DNA of 64,000 nt from a virus: the IMG/VR virus record IMGVR_UViG_3300049893_002759, positions 4,056-68,055 of that record; one strand, given 5' to 3'. The notes beneath the pieces are model-generated. The model saw only the letters and a program-made list of their open reading frames with translations, had not been told where the DNA came from and did no database searches. Each line of letters starts with the position of its first letter. Position 1 is the stretch's first letter. Positions 1-9,576 of the stretch are shown one piece after another. Made by a program: the position numbers and the translations under genes.

Positions 1-1
1 A

Positions 2-3000
2 TCCCTGATACAACAGCTGGAAACTAATCCACGTACTCCCATAGCAGGATTTAATATCAGGGGATTCGATATTGGATTCATACAGCGCAGAGCTAGAACT
101 TATGGCTTAGAAAAACGATTTCTACAGACTATGAGAAATAGAGAAGTATTGGATCCTGCTAATTCAGTGAAAGATATTGTTGCATCTGCTATTAGTAGAC
201 ATGCAGATATAGGTACATTTAATCAAAGTTTGGGTGCAGCAAGTTGGCAAGAAGCTGAATCAGTATTTGGAGAACTTCCCTTTAGTAAAAGGCCAGTTGA
301 ATATAACCTTCTTGCTCAGGTAAAAGGTTATCTTACAGCTAATAGAGAAACAGCAATGTTTAAGGGATGGAAGCTAGAAGACTTATATAAGTTACTTCCA
401 GGAGAAGGTATAAAAGGTCAGGCTCACGAAGCTGCCACAGACATTAAGATGACTCAAAGAGTGATGCAAGCTGCTCGGAGTGGAGAACTAGAAAAAGAGT
501 TACAAAATCCAACTAAAGCTCTCCAATGGATGGAAACAGTAAAGGCCAGGGGCTTTGGGAAATTCCAAACCGAACGCTTGCTAGCGCAAGCGGATATAGA
601 TCAATTAGGATTAAAAGTACCACGTTGGTGGCAAACTAAACAAGCCAAAATTGCTGGACTAGGCCTAGCAGCCGTTGTGGCAGCAAGCTTGTTTTCTGGC
701 AAAGATGATGAATATAACACGATAGAAGGTCTTCCTCATGGTGGCTTTGCCCAATCAGGTAGATTACAGCTTACAGAGTTTGGTTCTGGTTATCGAGGTA
801 TTATAAAAATCAGTAAGCTTCTAACGCAGAATAATCCTTTTGCTACTAACTCTAGTGTAGCTAATGCTGGAGATATTCGTTATGCAGCAAAATATATTCG
901 AAATCTTGAACAGGGCTTTAAAAAGTCAGGTATGTCTCATGAAGTAGCACAGGCCTTTACAGATGTTAAAACAGAAATACGAACTGCTATAGAAGCAGGA
1001 CATAAAGATATCATTTCTGTATTTGAAGAAAATCTTCATAATACTGCTGATAGGCTGGGTGTTAGTCCTGTTTCTTATCTGAAAGAAATAATTAGACACG
1101 AAAACGTTCATGTGGGGATTCGTGTCAATAAACCATCTTTAGGTCGTGGCATCTTTGAATTGGATCAGCAAGAAAATCTTATTACAGATTTTGAAGAACT
1201 GAAAACATTTGCAAAAGAACATGGTATTAAACCGTCTTCGTTATATACTTGGTCTAGTAGATTACTTCAACATAATTATAATAATAAAAATGTTGATTTA
1301 TATTTAGAAGAAAGATTAGCTTGGGGTATTCAGCATGCTACACGAACAGGTTCTCGTGGGCGTCTTGCTGCAACAGGCATTCCTGCAGAAGGTCTTTATT
1401 CTGCAACTAAAGAACAGTTTATTCAATCTTATTCACCAAATTCACCTTTATCTTCATCAGAGTCTGAGTTTCTTGATGCTTTATACCAACCTCTTTCTAC
1501 AAAAGAAATGCAAGTTGGTTTAGAATTTGAACGACAAGGTCGAGTATCTCGTTTAGCGAAAGCCAAATATTTTAAAGAATGGATTGACGTTAAAACGCCA
1601 GTTACACAAAATGCGTTTTCTGGATTTGATGATAATTTCAATACAATTGAAGGATTAAATCACACCGGTATTGCTGGTGTTCGTCGTAAAAAGATTACAG
1701 ATTTTGGATCTGGTTTCACAACAGCTAAAGGTGTCGCAGAGCATTTAACTAAAACAGCTACTACTGGCCTTAAAGAAGTCGTTAATAGCGCTGTTGTAAA
1801 AGAAACTTTACAATTAGAATCTGAAGGAATAGCTCGTCAATTATTGGATGGCAGAGAGGCTGCCAATATAATAGAAGGTCTCGATCATTCAGGTATAGCT
1901 TCAATATTGCGTAAAAATACAGACTTTAGTTCTCCTGCTGTAGGAGCACGTACGCTACGTCGTGCTGAACGTTTATATAAATCGACAATGCGAGCTTCAT
2001 TGCAGGAAGCTGGATATAAAGGCAAAATAGATTGGTTAAGTCATATAGATGAAGATACTGGAGATATTGTATTAGCAGCTCGTAATGCTAAAGGAGAACG
2101 ACTAATGGGTATTCAGCGTTCTCTGCAAGAAGGAACAGTTAGTTTAACAAGTATAGAAATTGATCCAAGTTTGCGTGGTGGTCTTGGTCGTCGTTTTTAT
2201 GAACTAGAAGGCAGAATGCTTAAGCGTTTGGGCTTTGAGGGTGCTGAGATTACATCCCCGGTTGCTAATCCAGTAACAGGTAGAATGCAAGCTCAAATGT
2301 ATGGATCTAAACCAATGTCTATTTTTAATAGAGATCTTGAAGAAGCCTATGGTGTAAATCCAACTGAATTTCATGAAATGTTAATGTCCAAGAAAATGAC
2401 AAAAGAACAGTGGGAAGCTGTTGGACTTGCTCCTACTTTTGTGGGTCGTATTCCTACTCGTAATTCTGCAAATAACACAATAGACGGAATGGGCCATTCT
2501 GGTATTGCTCATAAGCTTAGAAAATTACTTTCGCCATTTGGATCTAAATGGGATGGACTTAGAAACTTTATACAAGGCACAGAAACGTTTCAAGAAATGA
2601 TATCCAGTAAAGGATTTCAGAAAGCCCTCAAAGATGCTGTTACTGTTAGACAATTAGGAATACCTGGTGCATTTGGTTCAGTACATGAAATGCGTGCAAC
2701 CTTTAGGGGTCGTGAATTTTCATTTGCTCGTAAAACTGGATCTATTCAAGAATTAGAAACTGATACTATGAACATGTTTTCAGAATCATTTGCCCCATCT
2801 GTATATTCACATTCCAAGTCTCATATAGATATGGAAATGTTTCAAGGAAAAGAATTTGCTGATGTTGCTAATCTTGATGCCAATAATATTACCGAACTAG
2901 TATCAAATGTTAAAGAAATGCATCGTAAGGGAATCGTTCACGGCGATCTTCATCAGGGTAATATTATGCTTACTAAAGAAGGTAATGTTGGCATTATTGA

Positions 3001-3298
3001 CTGGGGTACAGCAGGACCAACAGGATCTATACCAGATATTAGACTTAATGGTAAAGAAGTAACAGTGAATAATGTAGTTCAACGAAATGAAGCAATCGAT
3101 TGGAATAGAGTATTTAGAATTTCAAAACGATCTGGAAATTCACTTGAATCTTATCATGCCGCACCATTAGAAAGTTCTGAAATTAGATCTAAAACTGTTG
3201 TTGGTAGAAAGAAAAAGAGACAATCAGAATTACAAAAAGCTGCTTCTGCAACTGCTTGGATGCATGGTAAAAATGGTGGCAGAAAATCTAGGTTATAA
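2..3298 (+). CDS. Polyvalent multi-enzyme protein, 5'-truncated: DEDDh/DnaQ-like exonuclease + HExxH metallopeptidase + GNAT + kinase, separated by repeated linkers
   Basis: The frame is open from base 2 (SLIQQLETNPRTPIAGFNIRGFDIGFIQRR...), so the ATG at 131 is internal. Motifs: ExoII-like GFNIRGFD and ExoIII-like AHEAATD; RHENVH...EERLAW; SIEIDPSLRGGLGRRFY; GAFGSV...ARK...HGDLHQGNIM...IIDWG. Confidence 0.75.
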   Translation, partial: SLIQQLETNPRTPIAGFNIRGFDIGFIQRRARTYGLEKRFLQTMRNREVLDPANSVKDIVASAISRHADIGTFNQSLGAASWQEAESVFGELPFSKRPVEYNLLAQVKGYLTANRETAMFKGWKLEDLYKLLPGEGIKGQAHEAATDIKMTQRVMQAARSGELEKELQNPTKALQWMETVKARGFGKFQTERLLAQADIDQLGLKVPRWWQTKQAKIAGLGLAAVVAASLFSGKDDEYNTIEGLPHGGFAQSGRLQLTEFGSGYRGIIKISKLLTQNNPFATNSSVANAGDIRYAAKYIRNLEQGFKKSGMSHEVAQAFTDVKTEIRTAIEAGHKDIISVFEENLHNTADRLGVSPVSYLKEIIRHENVHVGIRVNKPSLGRGIFELDQQENLITDFEELKTFAKEHGIKPSSLYTWSSRLLQHNYNNKNVDLYLEERLAWGIQHATRTGSRGRLAATGIPAEGLYSATKEQFIQSYSPNSPLSSSESEFLDALYQPLSTKEMQVGLEFERQGRVSRLAKAKYFKEWIDVKTPVTQNAFSGFDDNFNTIEGLNHTGIAGVRRKKITDFGSGFTTAKGVAEHLTKTATTGLKEVVNSAVVKETLQLESEGIARQLLDGREAANIIEGLDHSGIASILRKNTDFSSPAVGARTLRRAERLYKSTMRASLQEAGYKGKIDWLSHIDEDTGDIVLAARNAKGERLMGIQRSLQEGTVSLTSIEIDPSLRGGLGRRFYELEGRMLKRLGFEGAEITSPVANPVTGRMQAQMYGSKPMSIFNRDLEEAYGVNPTEFHEMLMSKKMTKEQWEAVGLAPTFVGRIPTRNSANNTIDGMGHSGIAHKLRKLLSPFGSKWDGLRNFIQGTETFQEMISSKGFQKALKDAVTVRQLGIPGAFGSVHEMRATFRGREFSFARKTGSIQELETDTMNMFSESFAPSVYSHSKSHIDMEMFQGKEFADVANLDANNITELVSNVKEMHRKGIVHGDLHQGNIMLTKEGNVGIIDWGTAGPTGSIPDIRLNGKEVTVNNVVQRNEAIDWNRVFRISKRSGNSLESYHAAPLESSEIRSKTVVGRKKKRQSELQKAASATAWMHGKNGGRKSRL
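691..2545 (+). repeat. Four dispersed copies of a ~30-aa peptide linker, N[TI]I[ED]G[LM]xHxG[IF]AxxxRxxx(x)[TS][DEP]F[GS]S
   Basis: Copies at ~691-790 (DDEYNTIEGLPHGGFAQSGRLQLTEFGSG), ~1615-1714 (DDNFNTIEGLNHTGIAGVRRKKITDFGSG), ~1850-1933 (AANIIEGLDHSGIASILRKNTDFSS) and ~2462-2545 (ANNTIDGMGHSGIAHKLRKLLSPFGS). Confidence 0.9.
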
Positions 3299-3309
3299 TG
3301 GTGTGATAT

Positions 3310-4050
3310 ATGATTAATCCAAATATTACTAGAACTTCATTTGGCGGCCAGACTAGAACAAGTGTATTGCAACAAGCAGTTTTAGAAGCTAATCGTAAAG
3401 CTCCTGGATCGTTTAAGACTATAGGTAATAACTTTATTCCTAATAGCAATAAAATAGAATCTGATTTAACTAATCTTAAAGTACGTATTGGAATGGAACA
3501 AGCAACACGTGATCCTGGTGGAATATCAGGTAAAGCTTTCAAGGCTTTATATCCAGATAAATATGCTGCACTTCAAGAAAATATTTTAGATAAAAACAAA
3601 CAATTTTTAAGAGGGCAAATAGTTGGCGCTTCTTTAACCGGCAATAAAGCTGCTTTATCTGCTGCACAAAAATCTTTTACTGAAGCTATGAAAACAGGTG
3701 GCAGTCCTTTTAGTATGTCTATGCCCACAAGACTTGCATTAAATGCTAATTGGTCCGCTACTAAAATGGGAGCTAAAGTAGGAATGGGTGCTTTACGTGA
3801 AGCTAATATGGTTAGCCATGCTGTTCTTGGAACAGGCTTAAAACAAGTAGGTATTGCTGCTGCCCTAGTTGGTGGAATTGGATATGGAATAGGTAGTGCA
3901 TTAGGCATTTCTGGATCACAAGTTGCAGAAACAGCTTCTGCTGTTCATCAAGAATTTAAACAAGCTAGTAAACCAGTGTATGGTTATAGTGAAATTGGAC
4001 AATCTACTCAGGGTCTAGTTTTTGGATTGCATTCTAGGAGAACAAGATAA
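3310..4050 (+). CDS. Hypothetical Gly/Ala-rich protein with C-terminal hydrophobic helix (possible internal virion/ejection protein)
   Basis: 246-aa ORF; glycine-zipper-like segment GIAAALVGGIGYGIGSALGISG; translationally coupled to the next gene. Confidence 0.55.
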   Translation: MINPNITRTSFGGQTRTSVLQQAVLEANRKAPGSFKTIGNNFIPNSNKIESDLTNLKVRIGMEQATRDPGGISGKAFKALYPDKYAALQENILDKNKQFLRGQIVGASLTGNKAALSAAQKSFTEAMKTGGSPFSMSMPTRLALNANWSATKMGAKVGMGALREANMVSHAVLGTGLKQVGIAAALVGGIGYGIGSALGISGSQVAETASAVHQEFKQASKPVYGYSEIGQSTQGLVFGLHSRRTR

Positions 4051-4484
4051 TGTCTATTTTAATAAAATCTGCTTTCAATGGAATTGGTCAATTGCCTGGT
4101 GTAAGGCATTTAACGAAAGCTTTAGGAATTAAAGAAGGATTTAAAGGGCTTGGAGTTGCTGCTTCTATTGGTGTAGGCACTGTATTTGGATATTATAGCT
4201 ATGGTCATACATATGGAACAGGAACAGCAGCGCTGTATGGTATTGCTTCTGCTTATCCTATTACTGGAATTCCTCTTTTAATTCTTCAAGGTGGTAAAAC
4301 TATTGGAGATTTAACTTATAACTTACAAAAAAATAAACAACGTAGCTCATTTGCTAAAAATCAAATAAATGATAAATTTGGTACAATAAATGCTATGAGG
4401 CAGTATTCTGGACAAAAATTACGAAGAGATCATTCTTCAGTACAAAGAGTTTTAGGAAATGAAGCTGCCTATCTTCATCGATAA
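4050..4484 (+). CDS. Hypothetical membrane-associating protein
   Basis: 144 aa; TAATG overlap with the upstream gene; Gly-rich hydrophobic segments and a basic C-terminal half. Confidence 0.55.
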   Translation: MSILIKSAFNGIGQLPGVRHLTKALGIKEGFKGLGVAASIGVGTVFGYYSYGHTYGTGTAALYGIASAYPITGIPLLILQGGKTIGDLTYNLQKNKQRSSFAKNQINDKFGTINAMRQYSGQKLRRDHSSVQRVLGNEAAYLHR

Positions 4485-4497
4485 AGGAGTTACTAAT

Positions 4498-4953
4498 ATG
4501 CCATTGGGAACTAGTGTAATGAATTATGCCAGCAAAGCTGGTGGATATGCAATGCGTGGATGGAATGCCTATGCTGGTGCTATTGGTAATCGTACTTTAG
4601 CTGCAGCTGCTCTAGGTGGTATAAGCGGTGCCAGTTATGAGATGGCTGCTAATAATTCTGCCGGTACATTAACAGGTGGATTGAAAGGTTTTGCTATGGG
4701 AGCAGCAATGGGTGCTGGCGCTTATAGATATGGTGGAGCTATGTACCGTGGTGGTCGTTCTACTTATCGCGCGATATCTATGGGCAGAACTGGAGCTAAT
4801 TATTCAGGTGCCGGTCTTGCTGGACTAACAATGCGTGGAGCAGGTAGGCGTGCTTTCCGTCAGATTCGTAATGATGCTATGTCAGCATACTCTCATATTG
4901 GAAAAGGGATTAATAAAGGTTTTAATGCCTTTAAAGGACTACAGTCTACTTAG
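4498..4953 (+). CDS. Hypothetical basic Gly/Ala-rich protein
   Basis: AAAGGAG SD just upstream favours ATG 4498 over 4459; glycine-zipper-like GAAMGAGA and an Arg-rich tail. Confidence 0.55.
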   Translation: MPLGTSVMNYASKAGGYAMRGWNAYAGAIGNRTLAAAALGGISGASYEMAANNSAGTLTGGLKGFAMGAAMGAGAYRYGGAMYRGGRSTYRAISMGRTGANYSGAGLAGLTMRGAGRRAFRQIRNDAMSAYSHIGKGINKGFNAFKGLQST

Positions 4954-4961
4954 AGGATAAT

Positions 4962-6905
4962 GTGGCGTTAAATATATTGCAATCAGATGATGCTTGTCGT
5001 ACCTGTTTGAAAGGGTATGCTAAAAAACATGACTTCAAAGTAGGCGACAAGTTTGACATTCAATGTAGGGGTATTCCTAGACAGTATGTAAGTGATGCTG
5101 CAGCTGCTCTATTGACTAGTAACTTTAATGCTGAATTAGTACTTGATCCAGTCAAGTGGGCAGCTGAGGTTCTTGATTGGCATTGTCTTGATGCCGATTC
5201 AGATGTCTGGGCTAGAAAAAATCCAGATGAATATTTTCATCAAGTTGCAGAGAATCCAGGAAGACAAAGTAAATACCATCGTCCTTACCAAGCAACAATG
5301 TTACGTTGTTCTGCTAAATACAAAGTATTTCGTATTGGACGTCAGTCTGGAAAAACAGAGACTCTAGTAATCAGTATATTATTCCAGATGTTTACTAATA
5401 GTGGATTTAAAATTGTATTAATTACACCTTTTCAATCTCAAATTGATCTTATCTTCAAACGTATAGAAGATCTTATTTATTCAAATACTACACTTTCTAA
5501 TTCAATTAAAAGAAGTGTAAAAGCGCCTCAATATACTCTAACCTTACATAATGGTTCTCAAATTAAGGGCTTCACTGCAGGTACCAAGTCTGGTAACGGT
5601 GCAGCTTCTGTTCGTGGTCAAGACGCAAACATGCTAGTATTTGACGAAGCAGATTATCTTGATCGTGCAGATCTTGATGCCGCAATGGCTATTATTACTA
5701 ACTTTCCTGATGCAACTGTTTGGATGTCTTCTACTCCTACTGGACGTCGTGAGAAATTCTATGAAATTTGTCAGGATCGTGAATGGAAAGAGTTCCATTT
5801 TCCATCTCATGTAAATCCTAACTGGTCTGAAAAGCTAGACCGATTATTTAAAAAGAATCTTACAGCTATTGGTTACAAACACGAAATTCTTGCTGAATTT
5901 GGCGAACAAGAAGAAGGTGTATTTCAAGCACCATATGTTGATGCAGCTATACAAGATTATTCGTATGCATCTTGTATTCCATCTAATGGGTGGCTATATT
6001 CTATTGGTGTTGACTGGAACTCACCAAAAATTGGTACTACTATTTATGTTACTGGATTTAATCCATCCACTAATAAGTTTCGGACTGTTGAACATGCATG
6101 TGTTCAAAGAGCTGGTTGGACACAAACAGCTGCTTGTGAAAAAATTATTGAACTTCATCGTAAATGGCGTCCATTTGCTATTTATGTAGATCAAGGTTAT
6201 GGGTCGACTCAGATTGAAATCATACGTAAGTTTGGCTTCGATGCTCGTATTGATCCTGAAAAAGGACCATCTCATATTGACTCTCGTTTGCCAAAAACAC
6301 TAAAGCCTTATGACTTTGGTAGTGCAATAGAAATTAGAGATCCATTTACAAAAGAATTACGGAAGAAACCTGCTAAAGGGTTTTTGGTAGAAAGCGCTGT
6401 GCGTCGATTTGAGTCTGGGGACATTATGATTCCTAAACAAGATGAGCAGCTTAAAAAAGAACTATTAGGATATATCGTTAAACATGTTACTGTTACTGGA
6501 CAAGTAGTTTATACAACAGTTGACGATGCAGTTGGTGACCATAATCTTGATGCATTTATGTTGTCTTTAGTAGCTTTTACATTAGAAAAAGGACCAATGG
6601 GTAAACCTGTTCTTAATCACAAAACTCTGTTTACTCCGATAGATAATCGTTCTATTGATGAAACAAATAAAGATGCTGCATTAAAAATACATAATGAAAA
6701 AGATAGACTTCTTGAACGTGAACAAAATAAGCCGGCTGATCGTGATTTTAAAACTACTGCTCCTGTTTCTAACTTATGGAGCTGGCCTGGATTTGGTTAT
6801 GATGCACCACGACCTATTATTAGTGGAGGCTTTCATGGAAGAAGACAATCGACTACAATATTTAAACGTCCAACTAATAACGGAAAACGACGGAATTCTT
6901 TTTGA
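4962..6905 (+). CDS. terL: Terminase large subunit
   Basis: Walker A GRQSGKT, Walker B LVFDEAD, motif III SSTP, nuclease motifs IGVDW and DHNLDA; GTG start with AGAGGA SD. Confidence 0.93.
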   Translation: MALNILQSDDACRTCLKGYAKKHDFKVGDKFDIQCRGIPRQYVSDAAAALLTSNFNAELVLDPVKWAAEVLDWHCLDADSDVWARKNPDEYFHQVAENPGRQSKYHRPYQATMLRCSAKYKVFRIGRQSGKTETLVISILFQMFTNSGFKIVLITPFQSQIDLIFKRIEDLIYSNTTLSNSIKRSVKAPQYTLTLHNGSQIKGFTAGTKSGNGAASVRGQDANMLVFDEADYLDRADLDAAMAIITNFPDATVWMSSTPTGRREKFYEICQDREWKEFHFPSHVNPNWSEKLDRLFKKNLTAIGYKHEILAEFGEQEEGVFQAPYVDAAIQDYSYASCIPSNGWLYSIGVDWNSPKIGTTIYVTGFNPSTNKFRTVEHACVQRAGWTQTAACEKIIELHRKWRPFAIYVDQGYGSTQIEIIRKFGFDARIDPEKGPSHIDSRLPKTLKPYDFGSAIEIRDPFTKELRKKPAKGFLVESAVRRFESGDIMIPKQDEQLKKELLGYIVKHVTVTGQVVYTTVDDAVGDHNLDAFMLSLVAFTLEKGPMGKPVLNHKTLFTPIDNRSIDETNKDAALKIHNEKDRLLEREQNKPADRDFKTTAPVSNLWSWPGFGYDAPRPIISGGFHGRRQSTTIFKRPTNNGKRRNSF

Positions 6906-6914
6906 GGTGCTGTA

Positions 6915-7364
6915 ATGGGTATAGGCATTTATACTGAAGCAAATTCAGAAACATTATTATCACAAGATGATCTATTTACGAAGCCATTTGCGATCACATT
7001 TGATGGACGCACTGGTGGGTACAAGGAGGTGAAGCTCTTTTTACGCAACGATGATGTTACTCGTTACTATACTGATCTTATCGTTTCGTTAGAAGACCTT
7101 CAGGATCCTCCAGTTACTTCTAGACCAGAAGATGGTTTTGTTTGGAAATTATCATATGGTGACATTAAACCCACGTTTAATGATTGGGTTAATACTCCAG
7201 CTGCTAATTCATTAACAATACCTGTCAGTATTGGTGGATTAGGTGATCCAGATGTTTCTACTTATCTACCATTTTGGGTATTTATTCAAATTCCTCCAAA
7301 CCTTGATATACAAGTTATAACTGGAGTAAAATTTGTAATACAAGGAAATGAGGCGTTAATTTAA
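6915..7364 (+). CDS. Hypothetical beta-rich virion protein
   Basis: 149 aa with GAGGTG SD, in the structural operon. Confidence 0.6.
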   Translation: MGIGIYTEANSETLLSQDDLFTKPFAITFDGRTGGYKEVKLFLRNDDVTRYYTDLIVSLEDLQDPPVTSRPEDGFVWKLSYGDIKPTFNDWVNTPAANSLTIPVSIGGLGDPDVSTYLPFWVFIQIPPNLDIQVITGVKFVIQGNEALI

Positions 7365-8044
7365 TGACTATTGGTTTTAGTGCAAAGAATATTTTGGATC
7401 GAAGACCAAATATTGTTTTTGTTGCTCCTCGTTCTGGATTAACCATTCCTGAACCAGAGCGCAATACCGCTGCACTTACTCCAAAAGAAGAACGCGTTTC
7501 GCAATTAATTCAATCATTAAAAAATACAGCTGCAACAGCTGATGCAATTGAAGTACTAGTAGCTGAACGTGCTAAAAATGAAGTTCTTAAACTTAATTTG
7601 AGTAATCCAGAAGATGCTGTTGTAGCCCAGGCTGCTGCACGTATTTTCCCACAACAAGCTATTAATAAAAATGGTTTTATTCATGTACCTGAAATTACAT
7701 TTGATATGTATAACAAATGTATTCAAGACATGAAAGAAGCAGGTAAAGTTGCAGGCACTAAACAACAAACTAAACAAACTGGACCACTCAGAGCAGATAA
7801 AACTGATTTTGGTGGAGGTACGTCTGATCGACGTCCTGATATTAATCAAACCAATGTCCCATTTGCTCCAATTGATCTTCCTGCTTTTATCGCTGCTGGT
7901 ATTCCTATTCTATTTAACATGCTATTCCCCCTTATTAATGGGGCTATTAAAAAGGATGTTGTTGGACATACTCACCCAATTGTTACACCAACAGATCCAG
8001 TTCCAGTACCTTCTGGGCCAGGTATCCCAGTATCTCCGGTGTAA
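7364..8044 (+). CDS. Hypothetical protein
   Basis: 226 aa; coupled start; hydrophobic segment and Pro-rich C-terminus. Confidence 0.6.
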   Translation: MTIGFSAKNILDRRPNIVFVAPRSGLTIPEPERNTAALTPKEERVSQLIQSLKNTAATADAIEVLVAERAKNEVLKLNLSNPEDAVVAQAAARIFPQQAINKNGFIHVPEITFDMYNKCIQDMKEAGKVAGTKQQTKQTGPLRADKTDFGGGTSDRRPDINQTNVPFAPIDLPAFIAAGIPILFNMLFPLINGAIKKDVVGHTHPIVTPTDPVPVPSGPGIPVSPV

Positions 8045-8046
8045 TC

Positions 8047-9570
8047 ATGGAAGCAACTCATGCAGCAGATTGTGGAGCTATAATCAAAGCTTTTGAAAAA
8101 TATCTATTAAGCGCTCCATCTGAAGGTGGAATTATCGGAACAGTAATGCCTAAATTAGCGGCTATTAGTTCTAATTCTACAGCTTCAGCAGCACATTTAG
8201 AAAATGCAGTTAATCCTCCTATTCCACAAGAAATTTTAGGAGCTTTTAATCAATCTGGTACTCCAGAAATATCGGTTGATATTCCAGGACAACTCAATGC
8301 TCTAGGTGCTCAAGTAGTAGATATTAAAAATTGGCAACAATGGTTAGCTAGTTGTATCCCTTGTTCATTACGAGTAGACTTCCGCGCTGAATTACTTAAT
8401 AAGTTGGACGATCAACTCTTAGACATTATGGAAGAAATGGTTAATCAATATTTAAAACAATTATCGTTTATCTTAAATTTATTAAATGCTACAGATGTAT
8501 ATTCAGATGTATGTCCTTTATTAGCAATAACTAGTGATATTTGTATTCCAGACTTACAACGTATTATTTCATTACTAGCATCTATGCTTTATAGAATGAC
8601 AGTAAGAGAACTAACTGGTGTAGACTTAATGAAGTTATTGGTTTTACCAATCTTTCAACCTATTTTCTCTGGGCTGGTTGGCATACTTGGACAATATAAA
8701 ATATTAATTACCGATCCTCTTAATTGTGTAGTTGGAAACTTTAGTGCTCAATTAGGCAAACTACAAACTACATCAACTTTTAACGAGTCGCTTGCTCGAG
8801 AATTGACTAATAAAGCAAATGCTTTAGGTCTAGTTCGTGAAGAAACTCAAAAAGCTGATACATTTAAAGCATTAAATGAAGCGCGGCAGCCTTTTTCATC
8901 AATTGATGAAGGTATTGAAGCAATGCAAAATGCAACTGGTTCAGCAGCCTTTCATTTAAGACGCCTTATGATGACAGGTATATTTGAAGTAGAAAACTTA
9001 TTAGATGAATTAAAAAGTGAATTATCATCGTTTCTTGGTATTAATAACAAAGAAACAGTAGATTTTCTACTTAATCAGTATCAAAAATTATTAATTGTGA
9101 GACTAATTACATTTGTTGCAGCTTTAGTTAAAGCTACTACTGTAGGTTTCAATTGTAATTTTAGCGATCCAGCAGCAGCAGAAGATACTGTAGGTAAATT
9201 CCTAAATGATTTCTTAGGGCCAAATGCACCCGTTATTGTTCGTAATGATTCAACAACTGGTGATATTCAGTTATTTGTAAATCCAACTGTTACAGATTCA
9301 TTAAAAAATATTCAACAATTTCGAACAACGCCAACTTTAGTTCAAGCTGGAATCTTTTCTACTCTGGGTCGAGTAGCACCTCAAACACCTACTGTTGGAT
9401 CTATTATTACACCTACAGGCAATAAAGAGGTAGATGCCGCATTTGATGCTATAATGACCCAGTCAAGTCAAGCAGTTACAATTAAACCTCGTTGTGTTTT
9501 TGAACCAGGTGAGGTAAGTAGCAATAAACTTGCACAATGGATCGCTGAATTAAATGCAACAGGAGTTTAA
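8047..9570 (+). CDS. Hypothetical helical protein with scattered Cys
   Basis: 507-aa ORF between terminase and portal; CIPC, VCP and ICIP motifs. Confidence 0.6.
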   Translation: MEATHAADCGAIIKAFEKYLLSAPSEGGIIGTVMPKLAAISSNSTASAAHLENAVNPPIPQEILGAFNQSGTPEISVDIPGQLNALGAQVVDIKNWQQWLASCIPCSLRVDFRAELLNKLDDQLLDIMEEMVNQYLKQLSFILNLLNATDVYSDVCPLLAITSDICIPDLQRIISLLASMLYRMTVRELTGVDLMKLLVLPIFQPIFSGLVGILGQYKILITDPLNCVVGNFSAQLGKLQTTSTFNESLARELTNKANALGLVREETQKADTFKALNEARQPFSSIDEGIEAMQNATGSAAFHLRRLMMTGIFEVENLLDELKSELSSFLGINNKETVDFLLNQYQKLLIVRLITFVAALVKATTVGFNCNFSDPAAAEDTVGKFLNDFLGPNAPVIVRNDSTTGDIQLFVNPTVTDSLKNIQQFRTTPTLVQAGIFSTLGRVAPQTPTVGSIITPTGNKEVDAAFDAIMTQSSQAVTIKPRCVFEPGEVSSNKLAQWIAELNATGV

Positions 9571-9576
9571 TACTAT

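Noticed and set aside
131-133. ATG 131 as the start of the first gene
   Set aside because: The frame is open to the window edge and encodes the ExoII motif upstream of this ATG; no SD precedes it.
691-2545. CRISPR array or DNA-level repeat explanation for the linker copies
   Set aside because: The copies are in frame, irregularly spaced and conserved at the amino-acid rather than nucleotide level.
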